This document shows, piece by piece, positions 28,344 to 41,017 of a stretch of 64,000 nucleotides of DNA; position 1 is the first letter of the stretch; each line of letters starts with the position of its first letter. The DNA is from Octopus sinensis (Eukaryota), in assembly GCF_006345805.1 (NCBI RefSeq), contig NC_042998.1, positions 157,914,001 to 157,978,000 of the forward strand, in the 5' to 3' direction. Under the pieces are notes generated by a model. The model did no database searches. It saw only the letters and a program-made list of their open reading frames with translations, and was not told where the DNA came from. The position numbers and the translations under genes were made by a program.

Positions 28344-29407
28344 ACCAGTAAATAATTGGGGTTTTTTTAAAAGCCTTTATAGAAATTTTACTCTTATTAT
28401 TATAATACTATTTGGATTTTTCACTCCCTTTGACAACCTAACTGTTCCCCATCTTATGGAACTATTTTTGTAATGCGCATGGCAAAATTTGGAGGGAAGA
28501 TTTATGAATTCAAACGTCTATGTAGGTTTAGCTTTTGCTCACTTCCTTCAAATATTTTGATGTCGCATGGTCAGAAGGTTTGAGGTACGTAGCATTTGAT
28601 AAATCTATGATAAATCTTTTTCAATGGAAAGCTGTGCTGAAGAAGGATGTGAAATATATATGCAATGTATATGAAATATATATCAAAAAATATATATGAT
28701 ATATATTCAATATGTTTATAATCCAGAAACATGATGTTCACAGATAACCGCCAGACTTCGTATTCGTTATCTATTCCTTCTGGTTTTGCATATGTGAATT
28801 ACAGGGTCTGTCATGCCGGAGTCCAACTTTGATAGAAATAAGCATTCTTGACTGCTATTTCTATTTTTCGGTATGCGGTCAAGCAACCTGTTTTGCCTGT
28901 TCCCTTCTTCTTTATATACAATATATATACTGAACTTTACAGAAGTTCCTGCCGGTAATCGGCTATATTTACATACCGAATTCTACCAGTAAATAATTGG
29001 GGTTTTTTTAAAAGCCTTTATAGAAATTATTTACTCTCTTATTATATATTACTATTTGGATTTTTCACTCCTTTGACAACCTAACTGTTCCCCATCTTAT
29101 GGAACTATTTTTTAATGTAATCGCATGGCAAAATTTTGGAGGGAAGATTTATGAATTCAAACGTCTATGTAGGTTAGCTTTTGCTCACTTCCTTCAAATA
29201 TTTTGATGTCGCATGGTCAGAAGGTTTGAGGTACGTAGCATTTGATAAATCTATGAAATCTTTTTCAACGGAAAGCTGTGCTGAAGAAGGATGTGAAATA
29301 TATATGCAATGTATATATATCAAAATATATATGGAATATATATTCAATATGTTTATAATCCAGAAACATGATGTTCACAGATAACCGCCAGACTTCGTAT
29401 TCGTTAT
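28344..29407. repeat. Tandem duplication, ~641-bp period (second copy partial), identity uncertain
   Basis: accagtaaataattgggg starts at 28344 and again at 28985. The copies differ mainly by small indels. Confidence 0.85.
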
Positions 29408-29475
29408 ATATATAAAATATATATATATATAATATATATATATGTATATATATATATGTTATAGTGTCTATATAT

Positions 29476-29507
<32 letters not shown>

Positions 29508-30288
29508 CATATATTCATATATATGAAAGATAGATAGAAAGAGATCAGTGGATAGGTTGATGGATTAATAGATACATAGATAGAGAGATAGACTGATATG
29601 CGCACAACACACACATACAATTCACAACTTACCATTGATTAATATTTTTCTTTTTCTTGTTAGGAAATTGTCAATGAATCGCATATATGTTTTTTAAATC
29701 TCCGATTTCGGAACTTTGTTCCTTTCTTAGTAACAACTATGTATAATATTTAAGGCATTATTATGACTTCAAATATAGACATAAATTTACAAATTTTGAG
29801 TGAAAACACGGACCAACATTTCTACAAATACCAAACAAGGCCTTAGCCATTATATTAAAATGCAGCAAAATATTTAAATTCTGTCTCATAAACACAATAT
29901 AGTATTATTTGAATCGGAGGTTAGTTGTAAGCTAGTTAATATTGATTATATAGATAACTATCTATGAATAATTCAATACATATAATCTTTGTAGACATTA
30001 ATTATGAACAACGTGTATATTTCAATGCGTGCACTTTGAGCGTATGTGCATAAGTGTGCATGTGAGTGTATGTCTGTGTTTTCAACCTGCCGAGATGTAT
30101 GTTGTCTCCCGTAACAGCACAAATTTGTTTATTCAATAATTCCCAGAAACAAAATTAAATATAATTTTTACAATTAAAAAAAGTCGTGACTAACAAAACA
30201 AGTGTGGCATGCAAATTTTCCAATATGAAATCAACTACGCATTCAAATACGCATGTACAAGCAAGCAAGCGCGCACACACACACACAC

Positions 30289-30324
30289 GAGTCCGCTGCC
30301 CTAACCACTGGGCCATTGCGCCTC

Positions 30325-30327
<3 letters not shown>
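30289..30327 (-). mobile_element. tRNA-derived SINE 5' fragment
   Basis: Reverse complement is ggaggcgcaatggcccagtggttagggcagcggactc (A-box region only). Confidence 0.55.
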
Positions 30328-30392
<65 letters not shown>

Positions 30393-30432
30393 TGTAATAT
30401 ATATGTATGTATGTGTGTGTTTGTTGTGGTGT

Positions 30433-30474
<42 letters not shown>

Positions 30475-30619
30475 CTTCTCTACTTTAAAGCATTTGAAAT
30501 CTTCCTTTAGAGAATGAGCTGGTTTCTAAGAAAGATGCGAAGCCCCATCATTGGATTGTAGATAACAAAAGTTCACATTTTAAACTTGAGAAAAGTCGTA
30601 CATAGTTTTACTGTCCCAC

Positions 30620-31060
30620 TTTGTCGTCGTCATGTATAGTAAACCTGTGGTGCATTGTTTGACACTACAATGAAAGTTTTCCCGATTAAACTCGACTCCT
30701 CCATCTGCCTTGTCACTCTTGTTGAACCAGCTCGTGATATTGTCCATCCACCGCATTATTTATCTGTCTCTTGATCTACTACCCTCTACTCTTCCTTCAA
30801 TTATAATGATTTCTAGACCACTGCTTCTTCGAATATAGCCAGAACAGATGAACTTTTGTTTTTTTACAATGTTCATAAGTTGCCATCTTTCACCTACTTG
30901 TAACACATTCATTTGTCCTAACAATTTTCCATTGCTACTTTGAATACAGAAAGTCCTTTGATAGTGCAAACTATGACCACATATAGCAATCATATTTAAT
31001 ATCGGCGTTCTGCAACACGTTTTACTTATCAAACAGCTTTACTTTCAGTAAGATTTATGC
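30620..31060 (-). mobile_element. RTE-clade LINE C-terminal fragment
   Basis: GYIRRSSGLEIIIIEGRVEGSRSRDR...WTI (ORF 30760) resembles the RTE-type 'EG.V.G.R.RGRP...W.D' tail. Confidence 0.7.
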
Positions 31061-31074
31061 ATTCGTGTAAATAA

Positions 31075-31262
31075 TGAGATCGCAGAAAATGTTTAAAATG
31101 GCAAAGAAGTTCGTCATGATAGTATTCTTTCTCCAACGTTGTTTAACAACTATATAGAGTGGATAGTGCGAAATGCAATACAGGAAGAAGATGGCATCAA
31201 AATATATGGCTTGCACATTTCTAATCTCAGGTATGCAGAGGATATTGCTCTATTTGCTAAGA
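31075..31262 (+). mobile_element. RTE-like reverse transcriptase fragment
   Basis: VRHDSILSPTLFNNYIEWIVRNA...GIKIYGLHISNLRYAEDIALFA contains degenerate QG..LSP.LF and YADD motifs. Confidence 0.8.
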
Positions 31263-31816
31263 CAGATTGTATTTGTAATATGCGAATTAGATGGATACCT
31301 TCTTTTCTTAGTTCCAGATTGTCACTTAGGCATTTATTCACAAAACGAAGTGCATCAATTATTATTGGTATAAATGTGAATTTCTAACCTGGATATAAAA
31401 AAGTTGCATGTTTCGTAGTTGTTGTTCGTAGTTATCCTCTTTCTCTTTGATTTTCGAAGTATATTCACATCAGCAGCGCAGCTGATCTCTGTGACGATAC
31501 ATACTTTTAATTTTCTTTCCCAAACAACAATATCCTGCCTGTTATGTCTACATTTGATAGAAGTTTTGATGGGGATGTTCCAGTTGATAGAAGGTTTGAT
31601 GAAGATATTCCACCATCATTCTTGTATTGATGTTTATGTATGTATTTAATCACAGGGTGTCTGTTTATTTACTCTCGAACAGTTGTTTGTTGGATGACTT
31701 GCATTTTATTTTAGCGACAACGTTGTGTCACGTAAGAAGGTAGTACCTTGATGACATTCTTTGGCTGCTACTAATCACATGTGGGATGTATTCCACAAAA
31801 ATGTGACGTAACCTAG
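31262..31816 (-). mobile_element. R4/Dong-like non-LTR retrotransposon C-terminus (Zn knuckle plus restriction-like endonuclease), decayed
   Basis: RLRHIFVEYIPHVISSSQRMSSRYY..*HNVVAK, then WNIPIKTSIKCRHNRQDIVVW..VCIVTEISCAADVNI..K..Y..FIPIII.AL. Confidence 0.75.
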
Positions 31817-32254
31817 ACACATATGTATGTATGTATTATGTATGTGTGCGCGGGTGTATGTATGTGTGTACGTATGTGTATATGTATTCATGTTTGTATG
31901 TATGCATATCTGTATGTATATATGGATTCGTGCATGTATGTATGCATTCCTCTATGTATGTATACTATTATTTAATCTTATTTATAGATTTCTTACCTAT
32001 GAAGAAAGAGCAGATTTCTAATAAACATCCTAGTCTTCAATAGAATTTCAACATAAACAGGGCAGTTGTGCATAAATGTGTGTATATGAGCAAGTATTTG
32101 CCGTTAGTCAGTATACAGTGCAGATCAATATGTTTAGTTTTCTTGTATATGTCTCACATATATAATTGCATGACAAGGCATGTGTATACATACTTATATA
32201 CCAAACTTTTGTTAAGATATACATATTTTGATGGCTTGTATCTGTAGTATTCTA

Positions 32255-32900
32255 ATTAGTTTCCCACTTTCTGGTTTTGAGAACCCTATAGTCTCAACAT
32301 TGGTGCTGAAGCACTTGGTTACATATCCAAATGTTCATTAATTATGTGTATAAATCTAAACTTGTAGTCCTGGTGGAATATCTTTAAATGTCTCGGTACT
32401 TCAGCATAGGCTTTTATTTTTCGCTAATATTTTGCTTTATGGTGGCATCGAGTGGACAACTGACTTCAACTAATTCAGAGTTTTTCTTTTCTGTCCCAAA
32501 TCACTATGCCTCATTTGTCATTTACGTTTTATTGAGGTTTTCACAGGGACTTTCCTTTCATAAGTGGTTATGGTATCTACACTACGTTTAGGCTCTTATG
32601 CCTTTGGTCTCAGCATTTATTCTTCTGATGGATCGCACTTTACAGGTTTATGGCCACAACATCACGTTCTATCGGTTAATACCTGTAGTATTCCACAACA
32701 CTTATCGAGATAAAAGTAAAATCATTGATGGTTGGTGCTTCTAGCCTGGTTTACATTTTCCCTTCATTTCACAATCATATAGGAACATTTATCTTGACCA
32801 AACACCATTCCTATATTCTTTGAGAAAGTTGCAACCAAATCAGGCTTTAAAAAAAATATATTATGCGTATCATAGCTTCAAGTCATCCACAAATAAGTAG
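32255..32900 (-). mobile_element. Second R4/Dong-like REL endonuclease remnant
   Basis: PVKTSIK, GIVIWDRKEK, ELVEVSCPLDATI and KIFHQDYKFRFIHII in shifting frames. Confidence 0.6.
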
Positions 32901-33627
32901 TGTATGATTTTGATATTTCTTTCTCCCTGTGAACCAATGAGATATTCTTCAGACTTTCTCAACATAACTGGCAGGGTGGGGGGGGGTCTGATAAAAATAT
33001 GACTGGCATTAGAGAGAGACGGACCCCTTGGAATATCTCTGCGATATCGTATTTAACAATGAAAATACAATCATTCCTTGTATTTAACTTCAAGATAGAG
33101 GCTAGAGATGAAGTCAAGTGAGCTGTGGCTTTGATAATGCTCTGTGGAAAGTTAGCATGTTGAAGGCCTTATAGCATTCATGAGTGGGGGAATATATATT
33201 CGCCCCCTTCTCTCTCTCCACACATACATATGTATATATGTACATGTATATGCACATGTGTATGAGTGTGTGTGTGTGTTTGTTTGTTTGTGTATGTGTA
33301 TGTGAGCGTGTGAGATTAAATATGTATTTGTAACCGATTATGTGCCACCTCGACTGTTGAACCATTTTGTCTATGCACCAGCTATTCACAATAAAGCAAA
33401 TGATGATGTACTTTGTATGAATTGAATACATGGATTAAAAGCTAAAGTAAATAGGATTTACGAAAGGACACTATAGCATCACATTTATTTGTACCATGGA
33501 AAATTATTTTTATTTATAATTTTTATGCTATTTCTCTTATTCTAGAATTTCTAACAATTTCTTGGATTTTCAGTGTTGCACTTGCTAATTCATAGATGTA
33601 CATGCATATCTATCTAACAATCAAAGT

Positions 33628-34044
<417 letters not shown>

Positions 34045-34179
34045 GTATGTACACACACATGCTTGCACATATATACATACAGAGATGTGTTATTTACAAA
34101 TACGCGCGCGTGCACACATATATACCAATTCAGCCATACATATATCTGTAGATATCTATGCATGTATTTGTCGATACTA

Positions 34180-34213
<34 letters not shown>

Positions 34214-34812
34214 AGTGCGTATCTGAATTTGTGTGCGTATGTGTGTGTTTGCGTGTGTTTTTGTGCGTCTGCGTGTGTGTTTGTGCATACATCCATATAT
34301 ATATTAACTGGTGTAAACTTGATGGATTGTTTAGCGAAGGTTCTGGTGACAACTTTACGGATTTTTCCTCATTGCTACCTAGAAAATCTTTTCTTTAATT
34401 TTTCTTTTCTATCTATTTTATTCGCTTTCCTTTCTGTTGTTCTCTTTGAAATAGTGTCAAACAAAGCTAGCATTTGAGCTGTACTAAAAACGCATGTTCA
34501 ACATCAATACGAATTCGATTAAAAGATTAAAAGTACACTGAGGATTTCGGGTACAGATTTGCCGAGTTTCAAGCAAAATTTGTTGGCATAGTGATCAAAA
34601 CTGTCATAGTTAAAACTGTAATAGTTGCAGAGCTGTGCTAACAAAATGTGAGTAAATATTGCCTGATCACTGAGTACGCGTACATTGCATGAAACTAACA
34701 AATAAGGCTGCATTTATTAGTGGTTGTTCAATCATAGTATTAATCTTAAGTGCAAAATCACAGTATGTGCTGAACAGATACACAGTGAGAGAAGATCGTG
34801 TATACTCCACTT

Positions 34813-34846
34813 CCACACACATAAATATAATATCCGTCTTTCTGTC

Positions 34847-34904
<58 letters not shown>

Positions 34905-35322
34905 CGTGCGTGTGTGTGTGTGTATACGTACATTCTTTTATTAGGTAGGGGGAAAATTTATCTCTTTGAATTTTGCCTTTGGCTTATCATGACTGATCAT
35001 AAAATATAACGAACCAACGCGCTATGTGTGAGATTGGTGGCGGGCATTACAGGTAACTAGGTTGGCGTGTTTGATCATAATCCACTCATTCCTTTGTATT
35101 GAGATCTAAATCAGATATTTGTCCCATATACATCATGTACATCATATATTGTATATTGCACACGCATACACGCACGTACGCAGTCGCATGCTCACACGCA
35201 CACACACACACACACATATATGTATCATATATACCATACGTTATATATTACATAATATATATATACATATATATTTATATATATATGTACGTATATCCAT
35301 AGCATATGTGTATATCTATGTA

Positions 35323-35396
<74 letters not shown>

Positions 35397-35455
35397 ATAT
35401 ATCTATCTATCTATCTATCTATCTGTATCTATCTGTCTATTATCTATCTATCTAG

Positions 35456-35513
<58 letters not shown>

Positions 35514-36501
35514 CATACATATATATAATATATATATATATATTATATATATATTATATATATATATAATATACATAACATATATAATATATATATATAT
35601 ATTATAATATATATATATATACATACATCATATATATATATATATATATATAAAATACAAAAAAGGACAACAAAATCCAGATAGACGATACTAAAACAGC
35701 AAGGACGGGTCATTCGAAGCATTTTATCCTCAGTCAAGATCCGGATCATACTCGCAATTTCGGCTGATTAATCTTGAGATTGCTCCAATCTGGCCAGCCA
35801 CAAGGAAAAACTAGGCTAACAGCATTAGATTCCTTGGAAAAAAAAGCATCGAATGTANNNNNNNNNNNNNNNNNNNNNNNNNNNNNNNNNNNNNNNNNNN
35901 NNNNNNNNNNNNNNNNNNNNNNNNNNNNNNNNNNNNNNNNNNNNNNNNNNNNNNNNNCACACACCAAATATAATATCCGTCTTTCTGTCTGTATATGTGT
36001 GTGTGTGTTGTGTGCGTGTGTGTGTGTTGTGTGTGTGTGTGTGTGGTGTATGTGTACGTGCGTGTGTGTGTGTGTATACGTACATTCTTTTTTAGGTAGG
36101 GGGAAATTTATCTCTTTGATTTTTCCTTGGCTTCTCATGACTGATCATAAAATATAAACGAACCAACGCGCTATGTGTGAGATTGGTGGCGGGCATTACA
36201 GGTAACTAGGTTGGCTGTTGTGATCATAATCCACTCATTCCTTTGTATTTTGAGATCTAAATCAGATATTTGTCCCATATACATCATGTCATGCATATAT
36301 TGGTATATTGCACACGCATACACGCACGTACGCAGTCGCATGCTCACACGCACACACACACAGCACACATTTATGTATCATATATACCATACGTTTATAT
36401 ATTACATATATATATATACAATATATATTTATATATATATGTACGTATATCCATAGCATATTGTATATCTATGTATCTGTCTGTCTGTCTATCTATCATC
36501 T

Positions 36502-36550
<49 letters not shown>

Positions 36551-36656
36551 ATATCTATCTATCTATCTATCTATCTGTATCTATCTGTCTATTATCTATC
36601 TATCTAGTTATATATTATATAGATATATATATATATCTATATATACATACATAATA

Positions 36657-36710
<54 letters not shown>

Positions 36711-36942
36711 CATATATATATATTATATTTATAATAAAATACAAAAAAGGACAACAAACATCCAGATAGACGATACTAAAACAGCAAGGACGGGTCATTC
36801 GAAGCATTTTATCCTCAGTCAAGATCCGGATCATACTCGCAATTTCGGCTGATTAATCTTGAGATTGCTCCAATCTGGCCAGCCACAAGGAAAAACTAAG
36901 CTAACAGCATTAGATTCCTTGGAAAAAAAAGCATCGAATGTA
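34813..36942. other. ~1-kb direct duplication on either side of a 100-N scaffold gap (35858-35957); probably unmerged contig overlap
   Basis: 34813-35857 is repeated at 35958-36942 with small indels, and the copies abut the gap exactly. Confidence 0.85.
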
Positions 36943-37034
36943 TACGAAAACAAAGACGGGAAAACAGACGATGTTACACGAATATAATACGAAAATACAA
37001 CAACAACAACAACAATAACAACAACAACAACAAC

Positions 37035-37117
<83 letters not shown>

Positions 37118-37240
37118 TAATAATAACAACAATAATAATAATAACAAGACATAACAACAGGCGTCTTCCGAGTGGGGCGAATTGAGTTCAGCTGGCGTGT
37201 GTGGAAATTAAACCTTACGGAAGGGAAGTATATCGATGTA
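36730..37240 (-). mobile_element. Interspersed repeat family E (probable PLE pseudo-LTR) with internal (AAC/AAT)n; further copies at 35650-35857 and 38645-38790
   Basis: Shared block catccagatagacgat...ttatcctcagtcaaga.ccggatcat.ctcgcaatttcggctgattaatcttgagattgctccaatct. Flanked by (TA)n. Confidence 0.6.
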
Positions 37241-37291
37241 TCATGTATGTATGTATATATATATATATATATATCTATATATATATATACA

Positions 37292-37393
<102 letters not shown>

Positions 37394-37413
37394 ATATATA
37401 TATATATAATATA

Positions 37414-37450
<37 letters not shown>

Positions 37451-37451
<1 letters not shown>

Positions 37452-38033
37452 AAAAAATGGAAAATACATCTAAATCATATCGATTACTAGATAATATCCA
37501 ATCACATACTTTATTAAACCACCACATAAAAACTGTAAGGACAAACATAATAAAGTAGAACAAAATAGTGTACAATAAAGGAGTGTACATAAAGGAGTAA
37601 TGTTATACAGTAAGTACAATATCTATAAGATAATATAAAAATAAGTGAATATAAGTATAGATATAGACTACATCTTACAGCTGTTTCGGCCTTGCAGATA
37701 AGCATGTCTCGTAGTTATAAATGAGACATTTACAAAAATATCCTAAGGCCTTACAGTTTGTCCTTACAGTTTCTTATGTGGTGGTTTAATAAAGTATGTG
37801 ATTAGGTATTATCTGGTAATCGATATTTGATTTAGATGTATTTCTCCATTTTCTTATTTTGTATTATGAATTTATGGTAAAACATTTTACCTTTACCCAT
37901 ATAATACAGTAAGTGAATTAATTGCATCGCAATTATTAACATTTATGTATTAACTTTGTTGGGTACTTAACTAGTGGTAAATTGGATATATGTTATCCCA
38001 TGGAGGGTTGCATTTACAACCCCTATCTCAATT

Positions 38034-38035
<2 letters not shown>
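37451..38035. mobile_element. Fold-back PLE pseudo-LTR: inverted arms 37451-37546 and 37756-37855 enclosing a half hammerhead (37671-37750, minus)
   Basis: The arms are reverse complements. Minus strand reads ggcctt-[long insert]-aaggcc GAAA cagctg TA agatg, and the CUGANGA half is absent. Confidence 0.75.
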
Positions 38036-38071
<36 letters not shown>

Positions 38072-38159
38072 GCATATATGTATGTAAGTATATATATATA
38101 TATATACACATACATATATGCATATATATATGTATTTATATATATGATATATATGTATA

Positions 38160-38199
<40 letters not shown>

Positions 38200-38855
38200 C
38201 CAGACTGCTATCCCTTTTCTATCCCAGACTGCTATCCCACATCAATATACATCGATATATATATATATATGCAGACATGAGCAGAGGACTTCTTTCAACA
38301 GTATGTATGTGTGTTTGTGTGTGCATGCGCGCGTGTGTGTGTGTGTTTGTGCATGTTTTTTATTTTCTTATTTTTCTGCTTGTGTGGTGTGTGTTCTTTA
38401 AAATGAGATAACATGTATTTTCTAAGTTGCACGAAATATCCCGCAATCATTAATATTTATTTGTGAGGAATACAAAATCTATTCGCTGTCATAGCATGAA
38501 AAGTATTGTCAATCTCTGTATATAAATAGATCCCTATATATAGATACATACATACACACTCATACATGCATATATACACACTCATATCTATATATATAAT
38601 CTTTATATATATATATATAGAGTATATATAATATATATATATATATATAAAATACAAAAAGAGACCACAAAACATCCAGATAGACGATAGTAAAAAAAAC
38701 AAGGACGGTCATTCGAAACCCTTTATCCTCAGTCAAGAACCGGATCATCCTCGCAATTTCGGCTGATTAATCTTGAGATTGCTCCAATCTTGCATATATA
38801 CATACATAATACATACGTACGTGCATACATGCACACATGCATACATACGTAGTAC

Positions 38856-38886
<31 letters not shown>

Positions 38887-38944
38887 CATGCATACATACA
38901 CACATGCATACATACATACATACATACATACATACATACATACA

Positions 38945-38975
<31 letters not shown>

Positions 38976-39240
38976 GAATGTATGAAGTTCTGTTGTATAT
39001 ATTAGCAAATCGTCTCTTGGTATCTTCTATTGATCTCTATGATATTGATGTGCCTGTAGCTATGAACTGTCGTAGACTTGTTTCATCCCTGTTTTGTTTT
39101 TCTTTATTTAAATTTATATCGATGTATATAACTTTCTCATAGTATTATTAATGAGATGGCATAGTGAGATAGCAACCTACGTTATTTAACTATGCATAAT
39201 ATCCATAGTCATATAACTGTGCATAATTTATATATATATA

Positions 39241-39404
39241 GGCATAGGAGTGGCTGTGTGGTAAGTAGCTTGCTTACGAAACACAATGGTCCCGGGATAA
39301 GTCTCACTGTAGTAGTGTCTTCTACTATAGCCTTGTGAGTGGATTTGTGAGTGACCAAAGCCTTGTGAGTGGATTTGGTAGACGGAAACTGAAAGAAGCC
39401 CGTC

Positions 39405-39444
<40 letters not shown>

Positions 39445-39700
39445 TATATTTATATATATATATATATGCGTGTGTGTGTATGTTTGTATGTGTGTGTATG
39501 TTTGTATGTATGTTTGTCTCCCCAACATCGCTTACCAACCGATGCTGATGTGTATACGTCCACACAAGTTAGCAGTTCGGCAAATAGAGTCCGATGGAAT
39601 AAGTACTAGGATTACAAAGAATAAGTCCTGGGGTCGAGTTGCTCGAATAAAGGCGGTGCTCCAGCATGGCCACAGTCAAATGTCTGAAACAAGAAAAAGA
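39241..39700 (+). mobile_element. tRNA-derived SINE family A
   Basis: ggcataggagtggctgtgtggtaagtagcttgcttac...gtggatttggtagacggaaactgaaagaagcccgtcg...gcggtgctccagcatggccacagtcaaatg. Confidence 0.85.
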
Positions 39701-39843
39701 GTCACGCATACATACAGATATAAACTTAAATAAGATTACGTGTGTACATATATATCTATATGCGCATGCACATATATATAAACATGCAAACATATATGTT
39801 TTTTTTTCTCTCATTGTTTCTTTCTGTGTTTCTCTTCTGTGTA

Positions 39844-39881
39844 TCTTTCTGTTGAAGAGCGTAGGCTCGAAACGTAAAAGA
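39844..39881 (+). ncRNA. Minimal hammerhead motif, family C (A6U core variant), within pseudo-LTR 39797-39980
   Basis: tcttt CTGTTGA a gag-cgtagg-ctc GAAA cg TA aaaga. The acgt palindromic stem III is typical of PLE dimeric HHRs. Confidence 0.65.
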
Positions 39882-39988
39882 CTTGTTTTATTTATATTCC
39901 TGAGCGCCATACTAATACAATTGTTTGTTTGTATTCCACCTGCCTTCGTCTTTTGTTTATTTTCATAAAGCTTCCCGTTATGTATAGG

Positions 39989-40029
<41 letters not shown>

Positions 40030-40832
40030 TCATTGTATATATATATATGTGTGTGTCTGTGTGTGTTTATGGGTGGGAGGCGAGACTGATAGAGCTAAAT
40101 TCAATTTTATTGAATATAAAGATACATATGTAATATTTCTATGTTTACATGAAGCTGATATAGATGGTATTTATGTTAATACGGCAGCAGGAAACATGTT
40201 TTTCTTGTTGCAAGGAAAATGGTAAATATTTATCGGATATAATTGCATTAACCTTTCTAGACATAGAAACGTAAATTATATATATATTATATATATGTAT
40301 GCATGCATGCATGCATGTATGTATGTATGTATGTATGTATGTATGTATGTATGTATGTATGTATGTATGTATGTATGCATGCATGCATGCATGCATGTAT
40401 GTATGTATGTATGTATGTATGTATGTATGTATGTAGATACGTACGGATGGACGGATGGCTGGCTGGCTGCTTTCATAGTCATTATATATTGAAATCTCCT
40501 GAAATGGAAAAATTACATCTGTAGTTTAATTTAAATCATATTGTATTACATTTTATATTAAACATTATATTTATGGAGCAGAATAGATATCTGGTAGCAG
40601 AAAATACAGTAAGAGAAAGAAACTGAAGAGATAGTAAAGTAAAACTTTAAAAATGGGTGTGGTTGTTGGATTGCTTCTGACAAAGTACTTTGTGCAAATT
40701 ACGTCTGCACCTATGTTTTTAACTCAAATTTTGCATATGTCACAGAAAATCGCCGTCTGATGTTGAGGACATATTATTTGACTATACCTTTGAAACCGGA
40801 CCCGCGGTGGCTTCACCGGAAGCAGCAGCAGT

Positions 40833-40833
40833 T

Positions 40834-40874
<41 letters not shown>

Positions 40875-40879
40875 TGTTA

Positions 40880-40913
<34 letters not shown>

Positions 40914-40926
40914 GGTGGTGGTAGTG

Positions 40927-40958
<32 letters not shown>

Positions 40959-41017
40959 GGTGGTGTGGTGGTGGTAGTAGTAGTAGTAGTATAGTAGTAG
41001 TAGTAGTAGTAGTAGTA
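40833..41017. repeat. (TAG)n/(TGG)n trinucleotide microsatellite
   Basis: Directly visible. Confidence 0.95.

Larger units (their letters stand above)
21862..28346. mobile_element. Nested palindromic array of a non-autonomous, microsatellite-bodied PLE-derived element (family D)
   Basis: Outer inverted arms are ~21975-23393 and ~26786-28346. An inner palindrome spans ~23440-24870, centred near 24150. A second inverted pair is ~24873-25260 and ~26290-26670. Unique islands (e.g. ggagattctcacttatacc, cagacccattccctaatttt, ggtcacaaacatcttggctatgacagcc) recur in both orientations. Confidence 0.85.

Noticed and set aside
21862-28346. CRISPR-like or satellite array interpretation of the recurring islands
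   Set aside because: There is no regular repeat-spacer periodicity, the context is eukaryotic, and inverted/tandem copies of one element explain the pattern.
34813-36942. 1-kb tandem duplication as a biological event
   Set aside because: The copies flank a 100-N gap exactly and differ by indels, which is typical of unmerged contig or haplotype overlap.
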